Positions 18,301 to 29,500 of a stretch of DNA of 64,000 bases are shown here, in pieces. Made by a program: the position numbers and the translations under genes. The stretch lies in the sequence record ON529857.1. One strand, 5' to 3'. The notes below the pieces were generated by a model, which did no database searches, had not been told where the DNA came from, and saw only the letters and a list, made by a program, of their open reading frames with translations. Within the stretch, counting starts at the first letter, position 1; each line of letters begins with the position of its first letter.

Positions 18301-18912
18301 CTCGGTGGTCTGTTCCCCCACCATCACTTCGGCGGTGATCTGCGGAATGCGGTTGCCGAAATCCTCAAGAGGCATGTCGTCGAACAGAATGTAGGCCAGC
18401 CCCCGGAACGCCGGAGCATTACCTTCGCCAAGCTGCTGCTCGATCGCGGAATCCGGCAACTGCTCTTCGTCGCCCATGTAGAAGCGCATCCGATATTTGG
18501 ACTGACCCTGACGGTCGAAATGCCCCGTCACGAACTGCTTCATGGACTGCGGCTGGGTCGCCTGGCTGGGGCTGATGCCGCCCGTAGCGTCATAGATCAG
18601 CTTGTTGTCAGCCCAGATGCGGCGGATGTCCCGGACCGTACCCGCGCACAGTCCCATCGCGAAGGTGCAGAAATAGGTATACTGGTTGTAAGACCCGCCC
18701 TTGCCCGACTTCTTCTTCTTCTTTTCCCGCATCTCTGCGGACCAGATCATGTTTCCGGGGACGCGCGTCAGCCCGAACACCCAAGGGATGGCGGCGCCGT
18801 ATGTCGAGGCGCTGATCTTGAGGTCTTTCAGGCGCGGACCTTCGGACGGGAACAGATAACTGATCCCAACCTGCGCCACCGCCATCATCGCCATGCTGAA
18901 CGGATCAGCCAT
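15358..18912 (-). CDS. Tail-tip/central-fibre protein (GTA-like J/Tal family), copy 2
   Basis: Start moved to MADPFSMAMM at 18912 by homology with copy 1; same conserved motifs. Confidence 0.9.
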   Translation of the reverse strand: MADPFSMAMMAVAQVGISYLFPSEGPRLKDLKISASTYGAAIPWVFGLTRVPGNMIWSAEMREKKKKKSGKGGSYNQYTYFCTFAMGLCAGTVRDIRRIWADNKLIYDATGGISPSQATQPQSMKQFVTGHFDRQGQSKYRMRFYMGDEEQLPDSAIEQQLGEGNAPAFRGLAYILFDDMPLEDFGNRIPQITAEVMVGEQTTEVAVTPLREQDGTTELSRDRAAGEAVFDFARAIFYLRYDTAIKSVSLRDGVARVVYENKTLGFTDEAPLKRLLCGSPNGAVYVLYGPSGGASNLARLDPYSLQAVAKVEDTPAFIRGASAASSGSTTQFLAIAADGQARLYDGVSLELLWSGALGAGARAVGRDPTDLEAPPIFYVVRPGGGQLTVSRLTQAGMEDVGQIAGDQIGPVLWDAGMAGVLAFVRQAGQSRLVKWNEDTADIGWTKAITGYPDEIAPESRTLESQVGWLHGGRVYLLDAATGASLDGEDPGTTVGQVDWADYLQRYPQVLADYYNGGWAYADSPEAYAQYDYMTNGASEGRTLTYIQSTVGAGIPLKEPYVGGAAGLQAIDAARGLLIGLDGIDGVVKATNIATGVSVGTIVARLLEEGGMPLMRTDLSALYQIPIRGYGWASATDIKGVFDELRRVFLFDLVERDGLLVAVMRGDDTNGLGMPVEVIPQDALGSSSPDATDYWSETRLQEMDLPARVTFSYMNVDRDFETSTARSARITNPVPTMFSRQQVSMEINIVMTAQEAKAQVHKMLYSQWTERTRHNTRLPWAYLALDPGDTVNVAMKDGRLYEDRLHRTEIGADFVMATESYSQDSGAYEGWDDLPADGGAGSGGSSGILPPGLAVPFVFNTPLMRDMDDQGGAVSIYYVGLGNGMEDQAWGGGALFRSTNNLDYEVIPALDEDLEWGTIVGDVLPPPPFGAFSLDWTSQVTIRPAVDWFEIESITDDELWAGGNLALIGEEIIQFRDCAQNPDGTWTIWNLLRARRGTQYACASHGAGERFVFLSSATVGFAVDQTSARGQARFFKAAATGTSLATQPVLTIAYEPRDLMPYAPSDIRREKVAEDAKVTWQRCVRFGGNMQDGTAVVPLGERAERYEAYVLDAPFSGDLSRGRGPDIYLRKFELTAPEFLYTAADQAADGVDLATQPLHLVIYQLSDAVGRGFPAPRSIEPDEVF

Positions 18913-18914
18913 TC

Positions 18915-19331
18915 TTAGTCCTCCACGCCGGGAAAATCGAGCACACAGCGCAGGCGGGTCGACCAGTAGCCGTCCCATTCCTCTTCCACGACGGCGCGCT
19001 TGGCGAGCGACGCATGGAGCAGGTAGAATCGATCGTATTTTTGAGAAATGAAGCCGATGTGACACGGCTGGTGTTGATCGCGCAGAATCACGACCGCTCC
19101 GGGAGCCACAACCTGAGGGTCCCGATAGACCAGGAATTTCTTGACGTGATCTACGAAGCGACCGTCAGGATTCCGAGAATAGCCTTCGATGTCCTCGTAG
19201 GGGATCGAAAAGGCGTCCCCCACCAGGCAGACCAGGCCAATGCAGTCCACCCCCATGGGCGACCGCCCGCGATGACGCCAGGGTTTTCCCAGGTGCCGAC
19301 GCGCTTCAGTGATGATCTCTTGACGCAGCAT
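18915..19331 (-). CDS. NlpC/P60 family tail-associated peptidase
   Basis: GRSPMGVDCIGLV catalytic Cys, CHIGF and LLHAS His motifs; expected position in a GTA-like tail-tip module. Confidence 0.9.
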   Translation of the reverse strand: MLRQEIITEARRHLGKPWRHRGRSPMGVDCIGLVCLVGDAFSIPYEDIEGYSRNPDGRFVDHVKKFLVYRDPQVVAPGAVVILRDQHQPCHIGFISQKYDRFYLLHASLAKRAVVEEEWDGYWSTRLRCVLDFPGVED

Positions 19332-19333
19332 GG

Positions 19334-21007
19334 TTACATCGCCGGGGCGTTCGGGGTCTGGTAGTATTTATCCTGTCCAGGCACGTCCGGCTCGCCTCGG
19401 AAATTCAGGATGTTGGCGAACTTTTCCTTGCAGGTCGCGCGGGTTTTGTCGCAGCCGGGGTGGATGACAAACCGATCGCCGCTTTGAGGGACGTGATAGG
19501 GCCGCTGGAACAACGTCACGGAATTCGCTCCGGAGACTTTGATCTCCTGAGCGCGGCCGGCATTCTTGCCCGTCTCCCAAACCAACAGCCCGCCGTCATA
19601 GTATCCGCCGGCTTCTCCCGTCGTCGTCACCATCACGGTGCGGCCTCGGTCGGAGGTTCCCAGCACAGTGACCGCCTTCTTGTAAGATTTGATCGCCTTC
19701 CAGGTGACGCCGCCGTCCGTCACGGTGTCCCCGATCATGTTCGACCAGGCCGGTTCGCTTGAACCCGAGACGCCGGCCGCGATGCACTGGAACGCCACAT
19801 CGCCGTATTGATCCGCCGATCCCAGCGTGCCGTTCGGGAAGTTGATCGCCGCCGTCACCGTATCGAATGCCGCCCCTTCAGAATAGCGATACCGCTTGTG
19901 TGCGAACAGGTCGATCCGCAGATGCCGTGTGCCGGCCGGAATCAGCACGTCGCGCACCGTCTCCTGGAACCAGCGGTCTTCCGCCGTCTTCTTCAGGCCG
20001 GTGTCATAGATGGCGGAGGCGCCGATCTGCGCCCGATTGACATCCAGGGCGTAGACCCGGAAACGGGCGCCGGCTTCCTTGCTGTTGACGCAGGCGAACC
20101 ACACCGTCGAAAACAGGCGGCAAAGTCCGGTATCAAGTTGCTCTGGGTCGCCGCCTTGGGCGAGAATGTCGACATCCTGATACATGCCGATATCGGCGAC
20201 CGTGTGCCCGCCGCCGTCGTTGTTCGTCTCGTCCGATTGGGTCCATCCATCATCGGTGCCGAACGCCGCGTAGGAATCCTTGCCGCCCAGGCCGAAGAAC
20301 GGGGTCTGCCTCACCGTCCAACGCCCGCGCGGGTCCCCGTAAGACGTCCAGCCCTCGATATCCCGCACCGTCGTCGGCAAGGTGGCGGCGTTCTGATCGA
20401 ACGACGGGTTGACCAAGGAGAGGTTCATGTAACCGGTGGCGACGTTGATGACGCCCCGCACGACGTCACCACGCCGGTAATAGGCCCCCTGACGCCAGTC
20501 CGACGGGCTGATGGCGACGCGGCAGCGGCGATCGCCCAGGTCCGCACGACATTCAGGCGCATAGCCTTCACCGATCCGGTAGGTATAGACCTGCGTCAAG
20601 CCACGCAGCTCGGCGACGAAGGTGGAATCCTCATTCATCGTCACCTCGCCCAGCCATCCGGTGCGAAGCGTGGTGGAGCCGGATTCCGGGTCCATCCAGT
20701 TGACGATGAAGACCCGCACCTCAGCGAAGTCGAACAGGCCGCTGGCGACATCACCGCGAGAGATGTGCTTCGAATTCAAAATGCCGCGCACTTCCATCTG
20801 ATCGACCTCCAGCTCAACGCCGGTGGTGATGGAGGAGCGTGCGAAAGAGGAATACGGAATGTATTCGGCCGAACCAATCCGCAGCGGCTGGTCATGATCG
20901 GTGAAGCGATACGACAAGCCGTCCCGCCGGGTGATCTCCAGGCAGGAGCACAGGGTGGTGACGCCCTGACGAATATGGCTTTTCAGTTGAGGGGAAAGGT
21001 CTTTCAT
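19334..21007 (-). CDS. Baseplate hub protein (DUF2163/BR0599-like) with inserted domains
   Basis: LEITRRDGLSYRFTDHD N-terminus, CRADLGDRRC and GCDKTRATCKEKFANILNFRGEP Cys motifs. Confidence 0.9.
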   Translation of the reverse strand: MKDLSPQLKSHIRQGVTTLCSCLEITRRDGLSYRFTDHDQPLRIGSAEYIPYSSFARSSITTGVELEVDQMEVRGILNSKHISRGDVASGLFDFAEVRVFIVNWMDPESGSTTLRTGWLGEVTMNEDSTFVAELRGLTQVYTYRIGEGYAPECRADLGDRRCRVAISPSDWRQGAYYRRGDVVRGVINVATGYMNLSLVNPSFDQNAATLPTTVRDIEGWTSYGDPRGRWTVRQTPFFGLGGKDSYAAFGTDDGWTQSDETNNDGGGHTVADIGMYQDVDILAQGGDPEQLDTGLCRLFSTVWFACVNSKEAGARFRVYALDVNRAQIGASAIYDTGLKKTAEDRWFQETVRDVLIPAGTRHLRIDLFAHKRYRYSEGAAFDTVTAAINFPNGTLGSADQYGDVAFQCIAAGVSGSSEPAWSNMIGDTVTDGGVTWKAIKSYKKAVTVLGTSDRGRTVMVTTTGEAGGYYDGGLLVWETGKNAGRAQEIKVSGANSVTLFQRPYHVPQSGDRFVIHPGCDKTRATCKEKFANILNFRGEPDVPGQDKYYQTPNAPAM

Positions 21008-21010
21008 CGG

Positions 21011-21661
21011 TCAGCCCTGGAACAGATCGTTCCAGTCGCGAACTTCAACCAGAGGGATCGAAGACCAGGACTGGGTGTTCCAAAATTCATGGGTAGCGTC
21101 CAGGTGATCGGTGTCGAACCGCACCGGGACGTGGAATTCCGCCGCCCCGATCATGATCGCGGCGGTATTGAGCGGCGGGACGGCGAAAGTCAGCTTGCCC
21201 GTCTCATGATCGACCTCATAATCGACGCCCTGGACCTGCACGGCGGCGCCCATCTTGACGCCGGCGACCGTACCCCAGGCGATCTTGTAGATGCGCCGCT
21301 GGTAGGTATAGGACTGCCCGGAAGAGACGTTTTGGTCGGTATAGCTCTTCACGATCGGAAATTCGGTCGTCGTGCCGTCGCCGATCGCGATGATCTGCTG
21401 CTTCAGGCGGAAATCGTTGAAATCCTTGAACCGGAATCCGAAGGCGCGGCCACGGCGCGCGTAGAAGAAGGCGGTCAGTTCATCCATCTGCGCCTGGGAC
21501 TTGATGCCGTGACTGACGTCATACTCCGCCCGCGTCATCGACCAGTCGATGTTGCGCTGCTCATAACCGGAATCAGCCGTGAAGATGGTGGTCTTGAATT
21601 TTGGGCCGCCCGAACTTCCGTAGGAAATCTCTTCTGGGAACAGCACTTCGTGGAAAGCCAT
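21011..21661 (-). CDS. Distal tail protein (DUF2460/TIGR02217-like), short copy
   Basis: FPEEISYGSSGGPKFKTTIF, RRGRAFGFRFKD and VPVRFDTD...SIPLVEVR motifs. Confidence 0.9.
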   Translation of the reverse strand: MAFHEVLFPEEISYGSSGGPKFKTTIFTADSGYEQRNIDWSMTRAEYDVSHGIKSQAQMDELTAFFYARRGRAFGFRFKDFNDFRLKQQIIAIGDGTTTEFPIVKSYTDQNVSSGQSYTYQRRIYKIAWGTVAGVKMGAAVQVQGVDYEVDHETGKLTFAVPPLNTAAIMIGAAEFHVPVRFDTDHLDATHEFWNTQSWSSIPLVEVRDWNDLFQG

Positions 21662-21662
21662 G

Positions 21663-23459
21663 TCAATCTAGGTCCAGATCGGTCCAGTCACGCACTTCGA
21701 CCAACGGGATGGATTCCCAGGATCGATAGGTCCAGAACTCGTGTTTCATATTGAGGTGATCCGTGTCGAAACGGACACCAACGTGGTATTCTACGCTCGC
21801 AAGCGTCAGTTTTTCAGGAGGGGTGTAAGCGACATTATTCAATTCAGTCGAGAATACCGCAGGGGGGTTGATGTAAGAGTTGCCCCCGAGACCGCCAATG
21901 ATCTTTCTCTGCGGATCATAAACCTGATATTCGTTGGTATAAGGTGCGGCACGAGATTCTAGTTCGCCTGTGGCAGTGTCCATTCTCCACAACCTCGACC
22001 CGAATCCCTGGGTGTCGCGAATCCAGAACAACTCGCCATCCAGGACCGTCTGACAATTCGACAACACCTTGATGCTCTGGAAATTCGGCGGCATACGCCT
22101 CTGCCAGGCCCATCGTCCCTCGTCAGGCAGGTACAAGCCCGCCCAGTTGTCGTAGCCGTCGTAGACGTATGCCGGGGATCGCTCCTCCCCACGCCAGAAG
22201 ACGAGAACGCCGCCGGTCTTCTTATCTCCATAGACCGCCGTCGGTCGGGCGGTGGGAGCGCCCCAGGTTTCCGCAACCCAGCTGGCGCCCGCCACCCAAA
22301 TCCGCAGACCACAGCCATGAATCAAGCCGCCCGAAGGCCGCTCATACACAAAGGCGAAACCGGCTTCACCGTATGGCGTAGCGGCGATATACTGTTGCGA
22401 CGTGATTCCGCCGAAACGACCCAGCCGCGCCACCCGCACCATGGTGTCGGTAGAGTGAATATCGATGTAGCCCCACAGGTCGGGCCACAGAAGGTACTGC
22501 TCGTTCGCCGAGACGCACCCTGGCGACCAAGGCGCGCCCACCCCCTTCTCATCACCAGGCCAGATCGATTCTTCTCCCCAACTGGACACGTACTGCAACG
22601 TGACCCCATCCACCTTGTGCATCTTGGTGGTGTTGGACGTGTAGTTTGTGCAGTAGATCATGCCGCTCGGACTGACAGCTCCGATGTAATCTAGGCCATC
22701 CCCATTCGGCAAAGACATCATCGCCGGCGAAACCTTCGCGTCAACTTTGGCGGTCGGCAAGTCGATGCGCATCAACCCCGGCGCACCCAAGGAGGCGAAA
22801 AAACCTCCTTTGACATAGGCCTTTCCGATGGCTGAAGCGTAGAAAATCACCGAGCGTGTCACCGACCCCTGGGTGTAGGAATCGTAATCTGGCGTGAATT
22901 CGCCTGAACGCCAGTTGATCCGCGTCGACGGCGTCGTCCCCGCGTAGCGCCCTCCCCACATGGGCGTGTTCAGCGTCAGCTTGCCCGTGGAATAGCCCAG
23001 GCTGTAATAGCGCGCCGACGACACGGATTTGGTGATGGTCGCGCCATCAATCTGAACGCCCTTTTCGGAACCCCACTCGATTTTGTCGAGAAGCCGGCGG
23101 GTGACGTAGGTCTCTCCGTTGGGACCGATCGACGTATAGTCTTTGCTTAGCTGGAAAACACTGGTGGCGTAGTCCCCGGCACCCAGCGTCTGGTTCTCCA
23201 GCTTGTAGTCGTTGAAGTCCTTAAAGCGGAACCCAAAGGCCCGTCCACGCCGATTCATAAAGAACGCGGTCAGCGCTTCAGCTTGCGCCTCAGACTTCAC
23301 ACCGTGACTGACATCATACTCAGCGCGGGTCTTCGGCCAATGCGACACCCGCGCCTCAAAACCCGAGTCCGCCGTCCAGATAGACGTCTTGAACTTCGGC
23401 CCGCCGGACGAACCATAAGAAATGTCAGGCGGAAAAAGGACGTCGTGAAAATCGGACAT
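21663..23459 (-). CDS. Distal tail protein (DUF2460-like), long copy with ~390-aa insertion
   Basis: Same N- and C-terminal motifs as 21011..21661, separated by a beta-propeller-like insert. Confidence 0.88.
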   Translation of the reverse strand: MSDFHDVLFPPDISYGSSGGPKFKTSIWTADSGFEARVSHWPKTRAEYDVSHGVKSEAQAEALTAFFMNRRGRAFGFRFKDFNDYKLENQTLGAGDYATSVFQLSKDYTSIGPNGETYVTRRLLDKIEWGSEKGVQIDGATITKSVSSARYYSLGYSTGKLTLNTPMWGGRYAGTTPSTRINWRSGEFTPDYDSYTQGSVTRSVIFYASAIGKAYVKGGFFASLGAPGLMRIDLPTAKVDAKVSPAMMSLPNGDGLDYIGAVSPSGMIYCTNYTSNTTKMHKVDGVTLQYVSSWGEESIWPGDEKGVGAPWSPGCVSANEQYLLWPDLWGYIDIHSTDTMVRVARLGRFGGITSQQYIAATPYGEAGFAFVYERPSGGLIHGCGLRIWVAGASWVAETWGAPTARPTAVYGDKKTGGVLVFWRGEERSPAYVYDGYDNWAGLYLPDEGRWAWQRRMPPNFQSIKVLSNCQTVLDGELFWIRDTQGFGSRLWRMDTATGELESRAAPYTNEYQVYDPQRKIIGGLGGNSYINPPAVFSTELNNVAYTPPEKLTLASVEYHVGVRFDTDHLNMKHEFWTYRSWESIPLVEVRDWTDLDLD

Positions 23460-23556
23460 GATTCAAGGCATGCGGGGAGAACGGCTTTCATGCCATGAAG
23501 GCGGCCTTCCGTCAAGTTTTACGGCAGTGGGCGTCGTCATTGACGACGCCCTTCCG

Positions 23557-26500
23557 TTAGTTGAGGTTGCGGGTCGAAGCCCGCTTCATGTCGCGGTTCT
23601 GCTGACGCTGGATGGAACCTTGCGACTTGCGGAACGCGTCCGGGTTCGGCGCGATGACGGTGATGTTCGACGTCACCTGGGTCATGCCGCCGCCCGTCTC
23701 CATGCCCGACATGTCGACCGGAACCTTGCGGCCGCCCGACAGCGGGATGATGGCTTCGTTCGGGTGAACAACCGCCGGCATGCCGCCCGAGGTGTTCGGC
23801 GTGCCTTCCGCGTAATGCGGCAGGCTGGCCCAGTTGACCGCGCCGGCGCCGCCGCTGGAGACATAACCGCCGTCCGCAAAAGCGTTGTCGATCATGTTGT
23901 AGGCGCCCGCCGCCATCTCACGCCAGGTGGCGACCTTGTTCCAGGTCCCTCCGGTCAGCATGTTCATGCCGATGTTGATGACGTCCGCCCAGGGATTGGA
24001 GCGGGCCGCGACTTGCGTGGCGTCCACCGTGACGGCGCGGTGTTCGCCGATCACGCCCTTGACCGGGTCCGGCAGCTTTTCAGGCGTCTCAGGCTTCTTG
24101 AACATGTCGATCAGATTCCCGATCAACGCCATGCCCTGCATGCCGGCGCCCATACGGTCTTCGAGCGAATTGCCCTTGCCGAACAGCTGCCCAAACCAGG
24201 ACATCGGTCCGTCGTACTTGCCGTTCTTACCCTTGCCGAAGATTCCGCTCAGCGAAGCCTTGCCCATGTCGCCGAACGACATGCCGGCGCCGCCTTCACC
24301 GAACAGCTTATTCTTGATCGAACCAGAGCCGAACGACTTGAACATGTCGCCGAGGCCCGAGAAGAAGCCGCCGCCCGCAAAGCCCGGAAGGCCGTTGACC
24401 AACCCGCCGGCCGCATAGCCGCGCCCGCCGTTGATGGTTTCCAACAGCCCGCGATTTTGCGCCGTCGCCGCCGCATTCACGACGAACTCGCCGTTGGACA
24501 GACGTGCGTTGATCGAATCCGTGCGCGGGCCTCCGGGACCAGAGACGAAACCACCCGACGCGAAGGCGCTGAACGGCAGGGCCGGAAGGGTCGAGCCCTC
24601 ACCGCCCGTCACCAAGCGTTCAACCGCCGCCTCAAAGCGCGACACCGCAGAGCCCATCGCTTCAGCCTCGCCGCGACGCTCATCCAGCATGGCAGCGACC
24701 AAGGCAGTCGCGTCGACGTTCGGCCGTTCGGCCAACATTTGATTGATCCGCGCCGTCGCATCGGTCGATGCACGCGCCATCATGGACTCGTCGCCCGCAT
24801 CGGCGCGAATGCCGCTGACATTAGGCTCCGCCAGGCCCAGGCTGCGGAAGATTCCGCCCACCAGGTTCTGCACGTAGTCCATCGGCGACGCCGGCTCGGC
24901 AGCCCGACGGGTCAAGAGCGACGGGTTGGCGATCGGTGCGCCCGAAGACGTGTAACCGCCGCCGGACTCCAGCGCCATAGCCTGCTCACGCAGGTTCATC
25001 TCGGACGTTTCGAACGCTTGGCGGACAACGCCCCCGGACAGTCCGTCAGCGATCTTCTTCAGTGAATCCGCCGCAATCCGCAGCGCCCCAACCTGGTCCT
25101 TGACCAGTTGCAGTTGCTCGTTGCGCGAGGCAGTTTCAGCCGCGATTGCGTCTTCGCGGCCCGCCAGCAGTTCGACGAGTCGATCGCCATCGGCCTTCAG
25201 CATGGCGCGCAGGTCATCACGTTGACCTTCCATCGCCGTCACCAACGCCTGGGATTCGGGCGACAGGCCAGAATTGCCCCGCTTGATGCCCATGAAGCCC
25301 ATGAGATCGCCGATGGCGTTATCAACCGACGCCTTCGTCATCTCCCGACGAATCTGCTTCCAGATCGAGCTCCAGTCGACATCGTCGCCCATCAGCTCGC
25401 CGGTGATGCCTTCCGACAGACCGTCCAGGAACTGACCCTTGATCGACTGCATCCGCTGTTCAAGCGGCTCCAGGGCGTTGACCCAACGCTGGAAGCCCGG
25501 AGGATTTTCCAGCTCCTCACGCAGCTTGGCGTATTGCGTCGCCAAGCGGTCCGTCGTCGTATCTCCAGCCTTGTTGAGCGCCTCCGTGATTTCTGCCAGA
25601 GAGGCGTTCGCCATTCCGGTCATCGACCGGAGGATATCCATATAGGTCTGATCGAACGCCTGCTTGGTGGCGCTCATACCCGCGCGACGAATGGAATCCG
25701 ACGCTTCAGCAATCATCCCTTGAAGGGATTCGATCTTATCCGCGCGGAACTGGACATCGGCCGTCAGTTCCAAAGTGCCGAGCCGTTCGGGCGACAACGC
25801 CGCCCGCTTCTGCTCCAGCGTGCCGCCTTCCTGCGTCTGATTGATGAGATCGTTGAGATAAGTATCCCGGCGCGACGCCGTGGGCGCAGCTCCGCGAAGG
25901 CGGGCCTCGTTGATCGTCTGCATCAGGCGCAGTTCGTCTTGCAGCAGCAGGCCGCGCTCGCGCTGAATTTCCCATTCCTTGCGCGAGGTTTCGAGACTTT
26001 CGACACGCAAGAACTGGTTGGTCTTCCGCAGATCGTTGACGTGTTCTTCCCACTTCGCCGTGTCTTGCATCATGGCGAGGTATTCCTCACCATACTGCTC
26101 ACGCAGCCCGTTCAGCTTCTCCTGCCACTCCGCTTCCTTGGACTTGCCTTGGATGACCATGCCCAGGATTTGGTTCTGATCACGAAGTTCCCGATTTCCT
26201 TTGGCGATGGGGTTCATGGCGTCGGCGGCTTCACGCGCCAACGTCTTGAACTTCTTCTCCAGCATGTCCATCATCGCCTCGGTGACGAAGACGGCGTCGG
26301 CTCCCCACTTCTTGACGCGCTCTTCCTCGTTGCCGAAGATTTCCTCAGCCTGGGCGGCGACCTGGCCGACTTGGAAGAGCGCTTGGGACGCCGGATCAGC
26401 AGCCGTGATGAGGCTCATCATCGACTTCCAGTCCGAGGCGCGCGACGTCAAGTCGCCCTTCTTCTCTTCTTCGGCCGCTTGTTCGATCGCGCCGGCCGCC

Positions 26501-29500
26501 GTGGTCGGCACATCCTTGCCGCCGATCATCACGCCGCCGCGAATGATCGCAGCTTCCTGCATGCGGCGGTTACGGTTGACGCCGTTGTTGTGACCCGCAA
26601 GGCCTTCAACCAGGCGCGCGATCGCCTCGGGCGAGTTGGCGCCACCGCGAATATCGTCAGCGATACCGGCGCCACGGCCGTTGCGACGATCCAGAGTGCC
26701 GTAGTTATAGATGACCGAGGTCAGGGCGGCTTGAGCCGCCGCCGTGAGGCCATCCCAGTTCTGCTGACCGATTTCACCAGCGGCTTGCGCCTGGAACGCC
26801 ATCGTGCGCCGACGCAGGTCCGCCTCAGCGTCTTCCACCGTCACGGTGGTTCCGGCCTGAACGCGCGTAACCTGACCCGTGCGGGCATCCGTCTTGGTGT
26901 CCGAGCCATAGCCGACACGTTGGTGGTTCACATCCCACTGTGCGCGAAGAATCAACCCTTCACGCTCGCGCAGCAGTTGCATCGCTTGCGTCAGACCTGA
27001 ACCACGTTCAGAATCCCGTCGATCCAGCTCCTGCTTGGCCGCCGAAGACGCCAGCTCACGCGCGCGCGTTTCCGGGGAGCGCTCAACACCACCAGGAGCC
27101 AAGCGATCAGCATAGCTGTTCGCGGCGCCGTTGATCTGACGACCGAAACCAGGGACGAACAATCCAGCCAGTCCGCCCAAAGTGCGCAGCATGCCTGCCT
27201 GATCCGCACGGCGCTGCTGCTCAGGATTCGCCGTGTCCGAGGCTCGGATGGCGGCGGTCAGCACACGCGTCAGCTCTTCCTGCGTGTTGGCGGTGTATTC
27301 CTTGCCGCCGTAGGTTTGGCGGTAGATCAGACCAGAACCGACGTCAGTCGTGGCGGGCCGGGCCGCCGCTGAGGCGCTTGGGAGGTTCACCGCCGTCTGG
27401 GCGTTGGCTGCGGCGCGCTGTTCAGCGGTCTGGCTTGGGTTGGCGGCAGCGTAGGCGCCGCTGGCGAGACGCCGGCCGCGTTCCAGCACTTCGTTCACCG
27501 AAGGCGCCTTGAGCTGCTTCGTCATCTCCGAAGCAGCCTCTTTCTGCATTTGCGCCGCCTTCAACTGATCGGCGGCCGCCTGCTGCTGCGCCAGGGCGGC
27601 GGCGGCGCCGCGCGTGCGCGCCTCGGCAGCGGCATTGGCGTACTCCCGCTCCCGCCGCTCATTGGAGGCCTCCAGGGCTGACAGGAAAGATTCCTGCTTG
27701 CGCTGCGCCACGACGTTGGCGTCGAAAATGTTGTTGTCGGACCAGTCCTGCCCGATACGACCGATCGAGCGGCCAGCGCCCGTCAAATCGCCGGACAGTG
27801 CCTTGATCAGCGCGTCACCGAAATGGATGACGACGCCAACCGTGTCTCCGATGACTTCACCGAACCAGATCAAGGCGTCGACAGTGGCCTTAATCACATC
27901 CCCCGTGCGATTCAACGCTTCTTGCGCGTCCGCGCCGTCAGAGATGAAGTCCGCGAACCACTTGGACAGGCGGCGCCCGATCATGTCGAGCGCGCCTGAG
28001 GTGATGTCTTCAAAGCGCATGTCGACGCCTTGAACCTTGGTCATCTTGTCCGACAGGATGGTCAGGGCGGTGCCCACGCCCACGGCAGCGATGCCCAGCA
28101 CGCCCAACGACGTCGCCAGGGTCTTGCCCACCACGGCCAGACCCTTCAAGGCGGCGCTGGCCGCCGAAGGTGCGACCGCCATTGCGGTCGAACCGGCGCT
28201 CGCGATCGAGCCGCCCAGGCGCGCCATGAACGGCTGGCGCGTGAGATCACCCCGCTGCGCCAATACGGCAGCGGTGGCTCCTGACGTGCGCTGCGGGTTG
28301 AAGGGTCGCGGGGGCTCTTGCCGGCGGCCGAACGAAGCGATCGACGGCGGCATGGCGACCGGCGCTTGAGGACGCTGGTCATAGCCCGGCGCGAACCCGT
28401 TGGAATTGCGCCAGACCTGGATGGAGCGCATGTCGGCGCCCGTAACCGCAACAGAACCGGCCGTCGCGGCGGCACGCGCCGCCTGGGACGACGAAGCCGA
28501 CTGCGCCGTCTTGGCGACCGCTCCGCGCAAGTCGGAAGACGCCACGGCGTCTTGGGCGATCTTCAGGCCGAAGAGCGCCTTGGTCAGGCTTTGGATCGAA
28601 GATGCGGTGTTGAACGCCGCCTGTCCCCAGGACAGGAAAGTCCTAGCGATAAACAGGGTCGCAACCGTCTTGGCGGCGAACACCACCTTATCGAAGTTTT
28701 CCACCAGCCAGACGAGCATATCGCCGGCCGTTCGCATCGCGTCCGCCAGGTTGCGGCCCAGCTTGTTCGCCATGTCCTGGAACTTCGGAGTCAGCTTGAA
28801 GACGCCATTTTCCGTATAGCCGATCAAGTCGGCCAGGCGCGAAAACTGGATACCGATTTCCTGGACGAACTGATTCTTGCCGACCGCCACACGGAACATG
28901 GTCAATGCCGTGCTCACGCGGTTGATCGCCACGTCGGGACGGTCACGGACCATGACCATCAGGTCGCCGAACATGGCGTCCAGCTCAGCCGCCCAGAGCT
29001 TGGTGAACTGAGAAGATTCAAGAGTTCCAGAAGCCATCTTCTTAAAGAACTGCTGCATCGTGACGGCTTGACCCGTCATCTTCTCAAGAGCGCGGCGGCC
29101 TGCTTCGGCGTTACCTGGAATTTGCTCCCCGATTTGTCTATTGAATTCTTCGGAGCTGACCTTTCCTTTTTGAATCATCTGGGTAAGGCCGTACATGGCA
29201 TACCCGGTTTGTTCAGCGGACGCGCCCACGACTTGCAGCGTCTGAGTAACCGACTTGAAGATCGCGGACGAGTCAGCCGCGCTCATGCCGGCAGCGCCTG
29301 CTGAAATGGTGAAGCGGCCAAACGGCTCCGCCACCTGGTTCAGCGCCAAGCCCATATCGAAGACGGTTGCGATGAATTCAGCAGACGCGCGCTTGGAGCC
29401 CTCAAACGACTTGGTCGAGAACAGCATAGCCTTGTCCAGCTTCAGCATCTCGACCGAGGCGTCGTAAACGCTCTTGATCATCCCGCCGATCGTGAACGAC

